Positions 1 to 7,846 of a DNA stretch of 64,000 nucleotides are shown here, piece after piece; the first letter of the stretch is position 1, and the number at the start of each line of letters is the position of its first letter. Source of the DNA: Candidatus Contendibacter odensensis (lineage in GTDB: Bacteria; Pseudomonadota; Gammaproteobacteria; Competibacterales; Competibacteraceae); assembly GCA_002747185.1 (NCBI GenBank), contig PDTV01000011.1, positions 6,216 to 70,215 of the forward strand, given 5' to 3'. The notes beneath the pieces were generated by a model. The model had not been told where the DNA came from. It saw only the letters and a program-made list of their open reading frames with translations, and did no database searches. Position numbers and translations under genes: made by a program.

Positions 1-1
1 C

Positions 2-694
2 TTGCCTTGTTTTATCCGGCCACGTAACTCAGGCGTACTGAAGCGTCTATTAAGTATGGAAGGCATTCAATATATTCACGGGTTTGTATTGCCGAAAATT
101 GGTCTGCATACCTTGAATGATTGGTTGAGGGTGTGGGATGACCGCTATAACCATTACTTAATGCCCATACTGGAAACAGCCGAGGCATTTGATCGCGGCA
201 AGATGGAGCTACTACGCGATTATCTGGATGATAGCGGCTTGCGTAGCCGCATACCCTGTTTGCGGATTGGCGGGAATGACCTGTTGAACTTGCTGGGTAT
301 TCGGCGGGCACGAGGTGCAACAATTTATGATACACCGCTGCGGAATGTGATTGCAGATTTGGTTTGCACATTTTATCCAGCAGGCTATCAATTAAGTGCA
401 CCCGTCTTTGAGTATCTGGATACACCTAATGTGTTAAAACGGGAAGTCAAGGCAGATTTACAGCATGGCCTGGTTGGTAAGACAGCAATTCACCCAACAC
501 AAATTCCAGTCATTGAAAGCTGTTATCAGATTGGTCGTGAAGATTATAATATGGCAGTAGCCATATTAGACGATAATGCAGCAGCCGTTTTTAAGCAAGG
601 TGAAAGCTTTTGCGAGCCAGCCACTCATCGCCATTGGGCAACGGGTGTACTAGAGCGGGTGCAATTGTTTGGATTGGTTGAATCTGGTCCGTGA
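2..694 (+). CDS. HpcH/HpaI aldolase / citrate-lyase beta (CitE)-like protein, 5' end outside the window
   Basis: The frame is open from the window edge to TGA at 692-694. Segments such as CLRIGGNDLL and GKTAIHPTQI recall the HpcH/CitE family. This is a family call from memory only. Confidence 0.55.
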   Translation: MPCFIRPRNSGVLKRLLSMEGIQYIHGFVLPKIGLHTLNDWLRVWDDRYNHYLMPILETAEAFDRGKMELLRDYLDDSGLRSRIPCLRIGGNDLLNLLGIRRARGATIYDTPLRNVIADLVCTFYPAGYQLSAPVFEYLDTPNVLKREVKADLQHGLVGKTAIHPTQIPVIESCYQIGREDYNMAVAILDDNAAAVFKQGESFCEPATHRHWATGVLERVQLFGLVESGP

Positions 695-797
695 GCTAAG
701 CTAACAAGCAAGGTCAGTAATAACTGCTTCGCCTTGCTTTCTGGTTAAAAGCAGCGATATTGCTGCTAAAAGGATTTGAGCATGGCGGCCAGCTCAC

Positions 798-1709
798 TTA
801 CTGGGCATTATCATCCGGATTTTTGTCCATCCGCTTTATAGCATACAAGAGACTGCGTTGCATTAGTTCAAATGCTTGGCTAAGCGCTCCGATTTCACTA
901 TCATCATTGCCGATATTAATTTTTTTATCGAGTTCACCTTGACTAATAGCGATAGCTGTTTCGGTAATGGCTGCTAATGGTTCAATGATGATTTTTTTGG
1001 ATAGCTGATTAATAGTCAAGAATATTATTGTAAATATAATTGTGAAAATACCGATAGCTATTAATGCTCGTTGTAGCACAAGGGCATTGATATCCTTGAG
1101 TGGAACGCCAGCAACATTGAGACCAACTATCGTGTTCGGTTTATACCCAAAACCATGGGTTTTGCCGTACTCTTTAGTAATTGTTGATGGCGCTTTATTG
1201 GGATCACCATGGCATAACATACATGAAGTTGCTGATTTGAGCGGTCGTGTAGATAATAAGTAATCTCTGCCCTGAATGGTTCCTGTTCCTATAAGAGAAT
1301 TGAGTTGGGAATCATTGCGATAGCGTGCCAGCAATTCTTTTTCTATAGAAACCGCCTGGTTTTTTGTGTTGAGCGGATTGTCAGAGGCCAGCTTTAGGTA
1401 GTAATTCGGCTTAAGTTCAGCGAGGTGTCTTGCTATTTTAGTAATAGTTGTTGAGCCGGAAATTGCCGGTGAATGAAAGAGTTCAAGCTTTAATAAGTCA
1501 TCGCGAACATCTTGACGGATATAATTTTGTATGGACTTGACCATATCAACCATCAAGTCTAATTCCTTATTAGCTTCAGAATGGACTTGATTGTATGTTA
1601 TGAAATATATCGCAGGCAAGCTAACCACAAGAGTTATTATATAGAGCAAAAAAAACGCTTTGCGTATTTTATTGAGTACGCTATTTTGGTATTTTTTTTG
1701 ATTGTCCAT
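798..1709 (-). CDS. Membrane sensor-like protein: DUF3365/Tll0287-like haem-c domain, a second TM segment and a HAMP linker, with no output domain
   Basis: 303-aa ORF. It has an N-terminal TM segment, a periplasmic region with a CxxCH motif (CMLCHGDP), a second TM segment, then a HAMP-like segment (EPLAAITETAIAISQGELD...IGALSQAFELM), and stops about 20 aa later. Confidence 0.6.
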   Translation of the reverse strand: MDNQKKYQNSVLNKIRKAFFLLYIITLVVSLPAIYFITYNQVHSEANKELDLMVDMVKSIQNYIRQDVRDDLLKLELFHSPAISGSTTITKIARHLAELKPNYYLKLASDNPLNTKNQAVSIEKELLARYRNDSQLNSLIGTGTIQGRDYLLSTRPLKSATSCMLCHGDPNKAPSTITKEYGKTHGFGYKPNTIVGLNVAGVPLKDINALVLQRALIAIGIFTIIFTIIFLTINQLSKKIIIEPLAAITETAIAISQGELDKKINIGNDDSEIGALSQAFELMQRSLLYAIKRMDKNPDDNAQ

Positions 1710-1754
1710 ATTTTTTCCTTTTTACATGCTATTTTATAATTGGATTATCGTAGC

Positions 1755-2306
1755 TTATTGCAGGTCGTTAATTGATGCATCTGTTAAATGGTTTAGAACT
1801 ATCTTTTTAAAATTATCAGCTTCTTTTTTGTCAGGAATTTCATTTGATAAGAGTGCTATTGCTGATTTAAGGGTGATCTCCCTTGAAAGGATATCTTTAG
1901 ATATTATAGCCGCAATAGGTCCAAGAAAATTTGTTAACTCTTGTTGCAAAAATTCTTTGGATTCATTGGATAAGCTGGTTTTCATAAAATTAGGGCTACT
2001 ACTTGATTGATCGGGTATATCAAGGGACTTAATGATATCTGGTGTGTCTTTAAATACCTTGTTTTTTGGTTTTATAGGCGCCTTAATCTGTTGAAAGCGA
2101 TACAGTTTTGTGCTGCGTAAAATTGTTAATGCTTCCTCATTCTGTTTGTTACTTAATTGAATAGACCCAATAATCCCCTCGTAAAAATTTATTTGGACTG
2201 GATGGTTATCTTGAGTCGATAAAAACATTATGCCTGTAAATTTATTATTGTGAGCTTCCCAAAGTGTGGCGACTAATTTTGATAATGGTATTGAATCATC
2301 TTTCAT
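1755..2306 (-). CDS. Hypothetical protein with a DUF4388-like N-terminal region
   Basis: 183-aa ORF. An SD sequence aggagg (complement of 2313-2318) sits 6 nt before the ATG. The N-terminal pattern LSKLVATLW...KFTGIMFL...INFYEGIIGS...EEALTIL resembles DUF4388. The gene is AT-rich and lies 45 nt upstream of the HAMP gene on the same strand. Confidence 0.45.
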   Translation of the reverse strand: MKDDSIPLSKLVATLWEAHNNKFTGIMFLSTQDNHPVQINFYEGIIGSIQLSNKQNEEALTILRSTKLYRFQQIKAPIKPKNKVFKDTPDIIKSLDIPDQSSSSPNFMKTSLSNESKEFLQQELTNFLGPIAAIISKDILSREITLKSAIALLSNEIPDKKEADNFKKIVLNHLTDASINDLQ

Positions 2307-2591
2307 TTATTTCCTCCTAAATCTTGTTGATTAGTTGGATATTTTTCAGGAGCAACTGATTATTCAATCCCTGAAGACACAAACCATAAAAATCTATACC
2401 AAAAATGGTGATTAGTCTATGCGAAAAAATATAATTGTCAAAGAGGCTGTGTGTTCCTGTAGCAAAGATTGGCAAACCTGCTTCATCACGAGTTAAACTA
2501 TCTCAAAACAAACCAGAGTTTCGCATTTCGCATCACGGTTTATCCATAACCCGTTCCAAATACACGGGATAATAATCATAACCTAATTTTA

Positions 2592-3041
2592 AATCGTGTA
2601 GTCACGAGATGTTGGCCCAAGGCGCAATGCACCTGATGTGTACGGCGGCGAGAAACGAGGCTGTGTTTTTGGCATATCTTGTAGCGATACTACGCTATCT
2701 TTTGAGGTGCAGGAAAGCGTTTTCAACCAGATGCCGTAATTTGTAGAGGTCTTCATCCTGTTCGCGAGCGGATAAAACGACGGTGCGTATTGCTCCAGCC
2801 GCCGTAATCAGGCGGTCAATCACGCCACCGGGCACCCGTGCGCATAAGCCAGAAAACTGCGTTGATAAACAGGCGATTATCTCTGGAAACGCCACCCCAT
2901 TGCCCGGATTGTCCGGGTAAGTGCGGCTTCAGCAAAGCCTATACTTTGTCTGATATAGCATGTCTGCGATGTGAGTGTGTCACATGCAATCCTTTCATTA
3001 CCGATAGAATCGCTTATTTTTTATCTCGTGACTACACTATT
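2592..3041. repeat. 19-nt inverted repeat pair (2592-2610 aatcgtgtagtcacgagat; 3023-3041 atctcgtgactacactatt) bracketing the IS relic
   Basis: The reverse complement of the right arm matches the left arm at 18 of 19 positions. The right arm ends 4 nt from the stop codon of the oxidase gene (3045). Confidence 0.8.
2695..2945 (-). pseudogene. IS5-family (IS427/IS1031-like) transposase relic with internal deletions and a frame break
   Basis: On the minus strand one frame reads ALLKPHLPGQSGQWGGVSRDNRLFINAVFWLMRTGARWRD* (about 2816-2945), the N-terminal DUF4096-type signature of IS5-family transposases. A second frame ends ...EQDEDLYKLRHLVENAFLHLKR* (stop at 2695), the C-terminal Y-x2-R-x3-E-x6-K signature. 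The DDE core between them is missing. Confidence 0.7.
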
Positions 3042-3044
3042 GAT

Positions 3045-4454
3045 TTATTCAAATACTTTTCCTGGGTTTATAATTCCATTTGGATCAAATACATACTTAA
3101 TTGCTCGCATGTAGTCAATTTCAGTTTTATCGCGAGTGTAATGCAGGTAAGGTTTTTTGGTCAGTCCTACACCGTGTTCAGCAGAAATACTGCCACCATA
3201 GTGTTGTAAAATTGTAAATAACTGCGGGTTAACCTGCTCGCATTTTTCTACGAATACAGCAGATTCCAGGCTGGCCGGTTTGAGAATGTTGACATGCAAG
3301 TTGCCGTCACCAATATGCCCATACCAGAGCACTTCAAAATCAGGGTATTCCTGTGCCAATAATTGGTCGATTTCTGTCAGTAATGCAGGCACTTGCGAGA
3401 TGCGTACTGCAATATCATTTTTGTAGGGCTGATGCTCTGCAATCGATTCACTGATATTTTCGCGTAAACACCATAAATCTTGTGCCTGGGCCTCACTCTG
3501 ACTCATGACGCCATCTTTGAGCCAACCTTGTGCTATGCCGTGTTCAAATAATGCTAATGCATTATCGGTATGAGCACCTTGAGAATTTTCAAATTCAATC
3601 AAGGCGTAATAAGGTGTTTCAGTTTCAAAAGGTCGATGGAGACCTTTACGTAATACATGGTGTAGTGCTCGCTCTGAAAAAAACTCAAAGGCTGTCGGTT
3701 CCAGTGCATTGCGGAACGCATGATAGATTGACATAACACTGTCCAGGTCGGTAATGCCCAGCACCATAACCGTGGGTTCCTGTAAAGGACGGGTCAGTTT
3801 CAGTGTGGCTTCAACAATGATACCCAGCGTACCTTCGCTACCGATGAACAGGTGGCGCAGATCGTAGCCACTGGCATTTTTTATCAGTCCCCGATTGAGA
3901 TTGAGCAAATCGCCTGTTCCGGTGACCACTTTCAAGCCGGTTACCCAATCGCGGGTTAAGCCGTAGCGAATCACCTTGATACCACCTGCATTGGTGGCAA
4001 TATTGCCACCAATCTGGCTAGAGCCACGCGAGGCAAAATCGACAGGGTACAAGAGGCCATGCTCGCAGGCGAAGTTCTGAATAACTTCAGTAATAGCACC
4101 CGCCTGGCAGGTTAGACTGCGATCAAGCGGATTGAAGTCAAGGATCTGGTTCATACGCTCCAGGGAAACGACGATTTCACCCTGGCAGGCCATGGCTGCA
4201 CCACTTAATCCGGTGCGTCCGCCGGAAGGCACCAGGGCCAATTGATGTGTATTGGCATAGCGCACTAATTGTTGTATTTGTTCACTGCTATTGGGTAATA
4301 CGACCGCTAATGGGTTTGGGGTATATAGTCGCGTCCAGTCACGACCATATTTTAGGCAGCTGTCAGCGTCAGTACGGACATGGGCAGGGTCGATAAAAGT
4401 GCGTATACCATCTAGTACAGTGTTTGGTCGATCTGGTGTTTGCTTGGGGTTCAA
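3045..4454 (-). CDS. FAD-linked oxidase, D-2-hydroxyglutarate dehydrogenase-like (GlcD/D-LDH family)
   Basis: 469-aa ORF. It has an FAD_binding_4-type N-terminal half (ALVPSGGRTGLSGAA, GGNIATNAGG) and an FAD-oxidase C-terminal half (HIGDGNLH, SISAEHGVG). It is divergent from serA. Confidence 0.8.
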   Translation of the reverse strand: MNPKQTPDRPNTVLDGIRTFIDPAHVRTDADSCLKYGRDWTRLYTPNPLAVVLPNSSEQIQQLVRYANTHQLALVPSGGRTGLSGAAMACQGEIVVSLERMNQILDFNPLDRSLTCQAGAITEVIQNFACEHGLLYPVDFASRGSSQIGGNIATNAGGIKVIRYGLTRDWVTGLKVVTGTGDLLNLNRGLIKNASGYDLRHLFIGSEGTLGIIVEATLKLTRPLQEPTVMVLGITDLDSVMSIYHAFRNALEPTAFEFFSERALHHVLRKGLHRPFETETPYYALIEFENSQGAHTDNALALFEHGIAQGWLKDGVMSQSEAQAQDLWCLRENISESIAEHQPYKNDIAVRISQVPALLTEIDQLLAQEYPDFEVLWYGHIGDGNLHVNILKPASLESAVFVEKCEQVNPQLFTILQHYGGSISAEHGVGLTKKPYLHYTRDKTEIDYMRAIKYVFDPNGIINPGKVFE

Positions 4455-4494
4455 CGCGGTTGCTCCTGGGAATGAGGGACATGTTGCAGGGTAA

Positions 4495-4683
4495 AATCAT
4501 CACAGTGTTTTGCATTGGTGGCAAGGAACGGATGCGCTGATTAATGGGTGTTATTCTTCCGGTCGGGCTGATCTGGATGTATTGGTCACTCACGAGTACA
4601 GGCTGGATGATATCGTCGAAGCGTATGATTTGTCTGTGAATCAGCGCGATGGTGTATTGAAGATTACGATTGGGCCGCATTAA
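4495..4683 (+). pseudogene. C-terminal relic of a zinc-type (MDR) alcohol/polyol dehydrogenase
   Basis: The frame ending at TAA 4681-4683 reads ...LINGCYSSGRADLDVLVTHEYRLDDIVEAYDLSVNQRDGVLKITIGPH*. This is the typical C-terminal strand pattern of MDR dehydrogenases. There is no start codon or N-terminal body, and a terminator follows directly. Confidence 0.45.
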
Positions 4684-4710
4684 TTGAATAAATAGAATAC
4701 GTTGATAATA

Positions 4711-4747
4711 AAATCCGGAGTTGTTTTGCTCCGGATTTTTTATTTTT
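4711..4747 (+). terminator. Rho-independent terminator (orphan, behind the dehydrogenase relic)
   Basis: A perfect 10-bp stem pairs aaatccggag (4711-4720) with ctccggattt (4729-4738). The loop is 8 nt and the hairpin is followed by tttattttttc. Confidence 0.7.
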
Positions 4748-4807
4748 TCGAAGATGAGAAAAACGATTGGGTAGGTACGCTGACGGGCGAAGGACAGGTA
4801 CAACGTA

Positions 4808-6043
4808 ATGAACAAAACATCACTCGATAAAAGCAGGATCAGGATTTTGTTGCTGGAAGGTATTCATGTTAGTGCCGTGAAGACACTACAGGCCGATGGC
4901 TACAGCAATATTGAGGTCTGTCCCAAGGCATTGCCTGAGGCACAACTGATTGAGGCTATTCATGATGCCTATTTTATAGGTATCCGTTCATCAACCCGGT
5001 TGACAGCTAAGGTGTTGGCGCGAGCTCCACGATTGATTGGGATTGGCTGTTTTTGTATCGGCACTAATCAGGTTGATCTTGATGCCGCACAAAAGCGCGG
5101 TATACCGGTATTCAATGCGCCATTCTCGAATACCCGTAGCGTAGCGGAATTAGTACTGGCGGAGATTATTCTGCTAATGCGCGGGGTGACTCAGCGTAAT
5201 GCGTCGGCACATCGTGGTGTCTGGATTAAAACGGCTGCCGGTTCCCACGAGGTGCGTGGTAAGTGTTTGGGAATTGTCGGTTACGGTCATATTGGAACAC
5301 AGGTCGGCTTGTTGGCAGAAGCTGTAGGGATGCAAGTCATTTTTTATGACATTGAGACCAAATTGGCATTGGGCAATGCGCAATCTGTTATATCATTGGA
5401 TACGTTGCTGGAGCGATCAGATGTGGTGACATTACATGTGCCGGAAACACCGCTGACCCATCAGATGATGAGTACAAAGCAATTGGCGCGGATGAAGCCG
5501 GGCAGCCATTTGATTAACGCAGCTCGCGGTACTGTAGTAGATATGGCAGCGTTGGTAGCCGCATTGGACAGTCATCATGTTGCGGGTGCTGCACTCGATG
5601 TGTTTCCTTCTGAGCCGAAGGGAAATGATCAGGAGTTTGTTTCACCATTACGTCGTTTTGACAATGTGTTATTGACACCACATGTTGGTGGCAGCACGGA
5701 AGAGGCACAGCAAAATATTGGTCTGGAAGTGGCGGGCAAATTATTGAGGTACAGCAATAATGGTTCGACATTAAGTGCTGTCAATTTCCCTGAAGCAGCC
5801 TTGCCCGAGCACCCGGGCAAGTGTCGATTGCTGCATATTCATCGCAATCGGCCGGGCATATTATCGCAGGTCAATGCTATTTTTACCGAACAGCACATCA
5901 ACATTTCCAGTCAATATCTGCAAACTAATTCTGAGATTGGTTATGCTGTGATCGATCTCGATAGCCATCGTGCAGAAGCTTTACAGCTACGTAAATTGCT
6001 TACTGCGGTGGAGGGGACAATTCGTACACGAGTCTTGTATTAA
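4808..6043 (+). CDS. serA: D-3-phosphoglycerate dehydrogenase with C-terminal ACT domain
   Basis: 411 aa. It has an NAD-binding GIVGYGHIGTQVG motif and a 2-hydroxyacid dehydrogenase core. The ACT-like tail and overall length match the E. coli-type SerA. Confidence 0.9.
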   Translation: MNKTSLDKSRIRILLLEGIHVSAVKTLQADGYSNIEVCPKALPEAQLIEAIHDAYFIGIRSSTRLTAKVLARAPRLIGIGCFCIGTNQVDLDAAQKRGIPVFNAPFSNTRSVAELVLAEIILLMRGVTQRNASAHRGVWIKTAAGSHEVRGKCLGIVGYGHIGTQVGLLAEAVGMQVIFYDIETKLALGNAQSVISLDTLLERSDVVTLHVPETPLTHQMMSTKQLARMKPGSHLINAARGTVVDMAALVAALDSHHVAGAALDVFPSEPKGNDQEFVSPLRRFDNVLLTPHVGGSTEEAQQNIGLEVAGKLLRYSNNGSTLSAVNFPEAALPEHPGKCRLLHIHRNRPGILSQVNAIFTEQHINISSQYLQTNSEIGYAVIDLDSHRAEALQLRKLLTAVEGTIRTRVLY

Positions 6044-6075
6044 CTTCAATCGGCGAGCGGTGAGGTAAGTGGGCA

Positions 6076-6639
6076 ATGTCCTTGCAAGATGAATTGCTGA
6101 AAGCGGGCTTGATTTCAGCCGATAACGCAAAAAAACATAAAGCTGACCAGCGTAAGCGTGGCCATGAACGCAAGAAAAACAAGATGCTGGCTGCGGATGA
6201 TGCAGAACAACAGGCTGAGGCGCGACGAAAAATTGAGGCCGAGGTCGCCCGTAAGCGTGAGCAGGATCGGCAATTAAATCAGGCGCGCAATAAGCAAAAG
6301 AGACTTCAGGAGCAGATGGCTCGCGCCCGACAATTGATTCAGGAAAAAAGATTGAATGATGCTGATGCCGAGATCAAATACAATTTTCTTGATAGCGATG
6401 GCCGCTGGATTCGTGCGCTACAAGTATTGCCACCGCAACAAAAAGGATTAGCGGCTGGTCGGTTGGCTATCGTTCGTGGTGATCGTGATCAGTTTGATTT
6501 CGCGCTGGTTCACCGTGAAATTGCAGTGAAACTGGGCGCTTTTGCACCAGAGCGCATTGTGGTGCTGCATCCTGAGAGCGATGGCTACGATGAACTGTCT
6601 GCTGGTGTAGACAACACATTTGTGAAGCAGGAGGAATAG
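6076..6639 (+). CDS. DUF2058 (YaiL-like) protein
   Basis: The N-terminus MSLQDELLKAGL followed by a long K/R/E/Q-rich segment is the DUF2058 pattern. The stop codon lies 3 nt before the next gene. Confidence 0.65.
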   Translation: MSLQDELLKAGLISADNAKKHKADQRKRGHERKKNKMLAADDAEQQAEARRKIEAEVARKREQDRQLNQARNKQKRLQEQMARARQLIQEKRLNDADAEIKYNFLDSDGRWIRALQVLPPQQKGLAAGRLAIVRGDRDQFDFALVHREIAVKLGAFAPERIVVLHPESDGYDELSAGVDNTFVKQEE

Positions 6640-6642
6640 AAA

Positions 6643-7674
6643 ATGACGCAATGGTATTTGAGTTTTGACGGACAGCAGATTGGGCCTATGGATGTTGATA
6701 AAGCACGCGCTCAGGCTATGGTAAATCCTGAGGGTCAGGCCTGGCACGAAGGGCTTGCCAGGTGGACACCGATTTGTGAAATCCCCGAGCTTAAGACGGT
6801 ATCGACACCAGCGTCATCATCTTCTGTTACAGAGGCGAATCAAAACGCTATTATATCATCTTCTAATTCTTGCCCCAGACCTACACAAGCTGATGAAGTG
6901 GACTATTTCATTCATGGACAGGAAATGCAGTTTGTAGAAATTGAGCTGGATCCAGAGGAGAGTGCTGTCGCTGAAGCAGGGGCGATGATGTACAAAGATT
7001 CAGTAATCCAGATGGAAACCATTTTTGGTGATGGATCACATAATACGGGTAATAGTGGTTTCATGGCTAAATTATTGGGGGCGGGGAAGCGATTATTAAC
7101 CGGTGAAAGCCTGTTTATGACAGTGTTCACTCATGCGGGTCACCATGGCAAGGCACGGGTAGCATTTGCCGCCCCGTTCCCGGGTCATATCATTCCGATC
7201 TCACTTGCAAATATGGATGGACGGTTGATTTGCCAGAAGGATAGTTTTCTCTGTGCTGCTCGTGGAGTCAGTATTGGTATTCACTTCCAGAAGCGAATTT
7301 TGACGGGTTTGTTTGGTGGTGAAGGTTTTATTATGCAAAAACTGGAAGGGGATGGTCTGGTTTTTGTCCATGCAGGTGGCACATTAATGGAACGGCAACT
7401 GGATCATGGCGAAACATTACACGTTGATACAGGTTGTCTCGTTGCCATGCAGAGTAGTGTTGATTTTGACGTAGAAATGGTAGGTGGTATTAAGTCAACG
7501 CTATTTGGTGGTGAAGGTTTGTTCTTTGCTACGTTGCGTGGCCCCGGACATATCTGGTTACAGTCTTTACCCTTTTCACGACTTGCTGGACGAATGCTGG
7601 CATCTGCCCCACAAGCGGGCGGTTCTCAGGGTGAAGGTTCCATACTCGGTGGTATTTTAACAGGTAACCGATAA
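6643..7674 (+). CDS. GYF_2 (DUF4339) domain fused to a TIGR00266/AIM24 (DUF124) family domain
   Basis: The N-terminus WYLSFDGQQIGPM...WHEGLARWTPICEIPEL is GYF_2-like. After a Ser-rich linker the body (VEIELDPEESAVAEAGAMMY..., GEGFIMQKLEGDG, GEGLFFATLRGPG) matches the AIM24 family pattern. Confidence 0.65.
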   Translation: MTQWYLSFDGQQIGPMDVDKARAQAMVNPEGQAWHEGLARWTPICEIPELKTVSTPASSSSVTEANQNAIISSSNSCPRPTQADEVDYFIHGQEMQFVEIELDPEESAVAEAGAMMYKDSVIQMETIFGDGSHNTGNSGFMAKLLGAGKRLLTGESLFMTVFTHAGHHGKARVAFAAPFPGHIIPISLANMDGRLICQKDSFLCAARGVSIGIHFQKRILTGLFGGEGFIMQKLEGDGLVFVHAGGTLMERQLDHGETLHVDTGCLVAMQSSVDFDVEMVGGIKSTLFGGEGLFFATLRGPGHIWLQSLPFSRLAGRMLASAPQAGGSQGEGSILGGILTGNR

Positions 7675-7846
7675 TGGTTATTATACCATCATATTACTAT
7701 TGCAACCAACAATATTGATTATATACCACACAGGAGAACCAGAACTGCTAAAGCAATAACCTTTTGAAGTACCAAATATTAGTAACATATCCGGCACTTT
7801 TTGGATGATGGAGCTGTTACTAATGATGGTCTACCTAACAGTATAA

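Noticed and set aside
4382-4389. KOPS-like octamers GGGCAGGG at 4382-4389 on the plus strand and at 32134-32141 on the minus strand. Their opposite orientations would fit a terminus lying between them.
   Set aside because: These are only two hits, my scan was not exhaustive, and two sites cannot establish a polarity switch. This is recorded only as a prompt for a genome-wide KOPS and GC-skew analysis.
4369-4815. A 148-aa minus-strand ORF spanning the spacer between the oxidase gene and serA.
   Set aside because: It overlaps the oxidase start, the dehydrogenase relic and the terminator. Its translation is not protein-like, and the plus-strand relic frame explains the region better.
7683-7700. 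A recurrent AT-rich motif TTATA[C/T]CATCAT(A)TT in intergenic DNA. Copies are at 7683-7700 (+), 10135-10152 (+), about 29551-29568 (-) and about 31055-31072 (-). A related inverted copy lies near 7817-7831.
   Set aside because: The longest shared stretch is 15 nt, and in 64 kb a few 15-nt coincidences are expected (roughly 4e9 position pairs against 1e9 possible 15-mers). All copies are in AT-rich spacers where such words are favoured, and their positions relative to genes are inconsistent. A genome-wide enrichment test would be worthwhile, but the motif is not supportable from this window.
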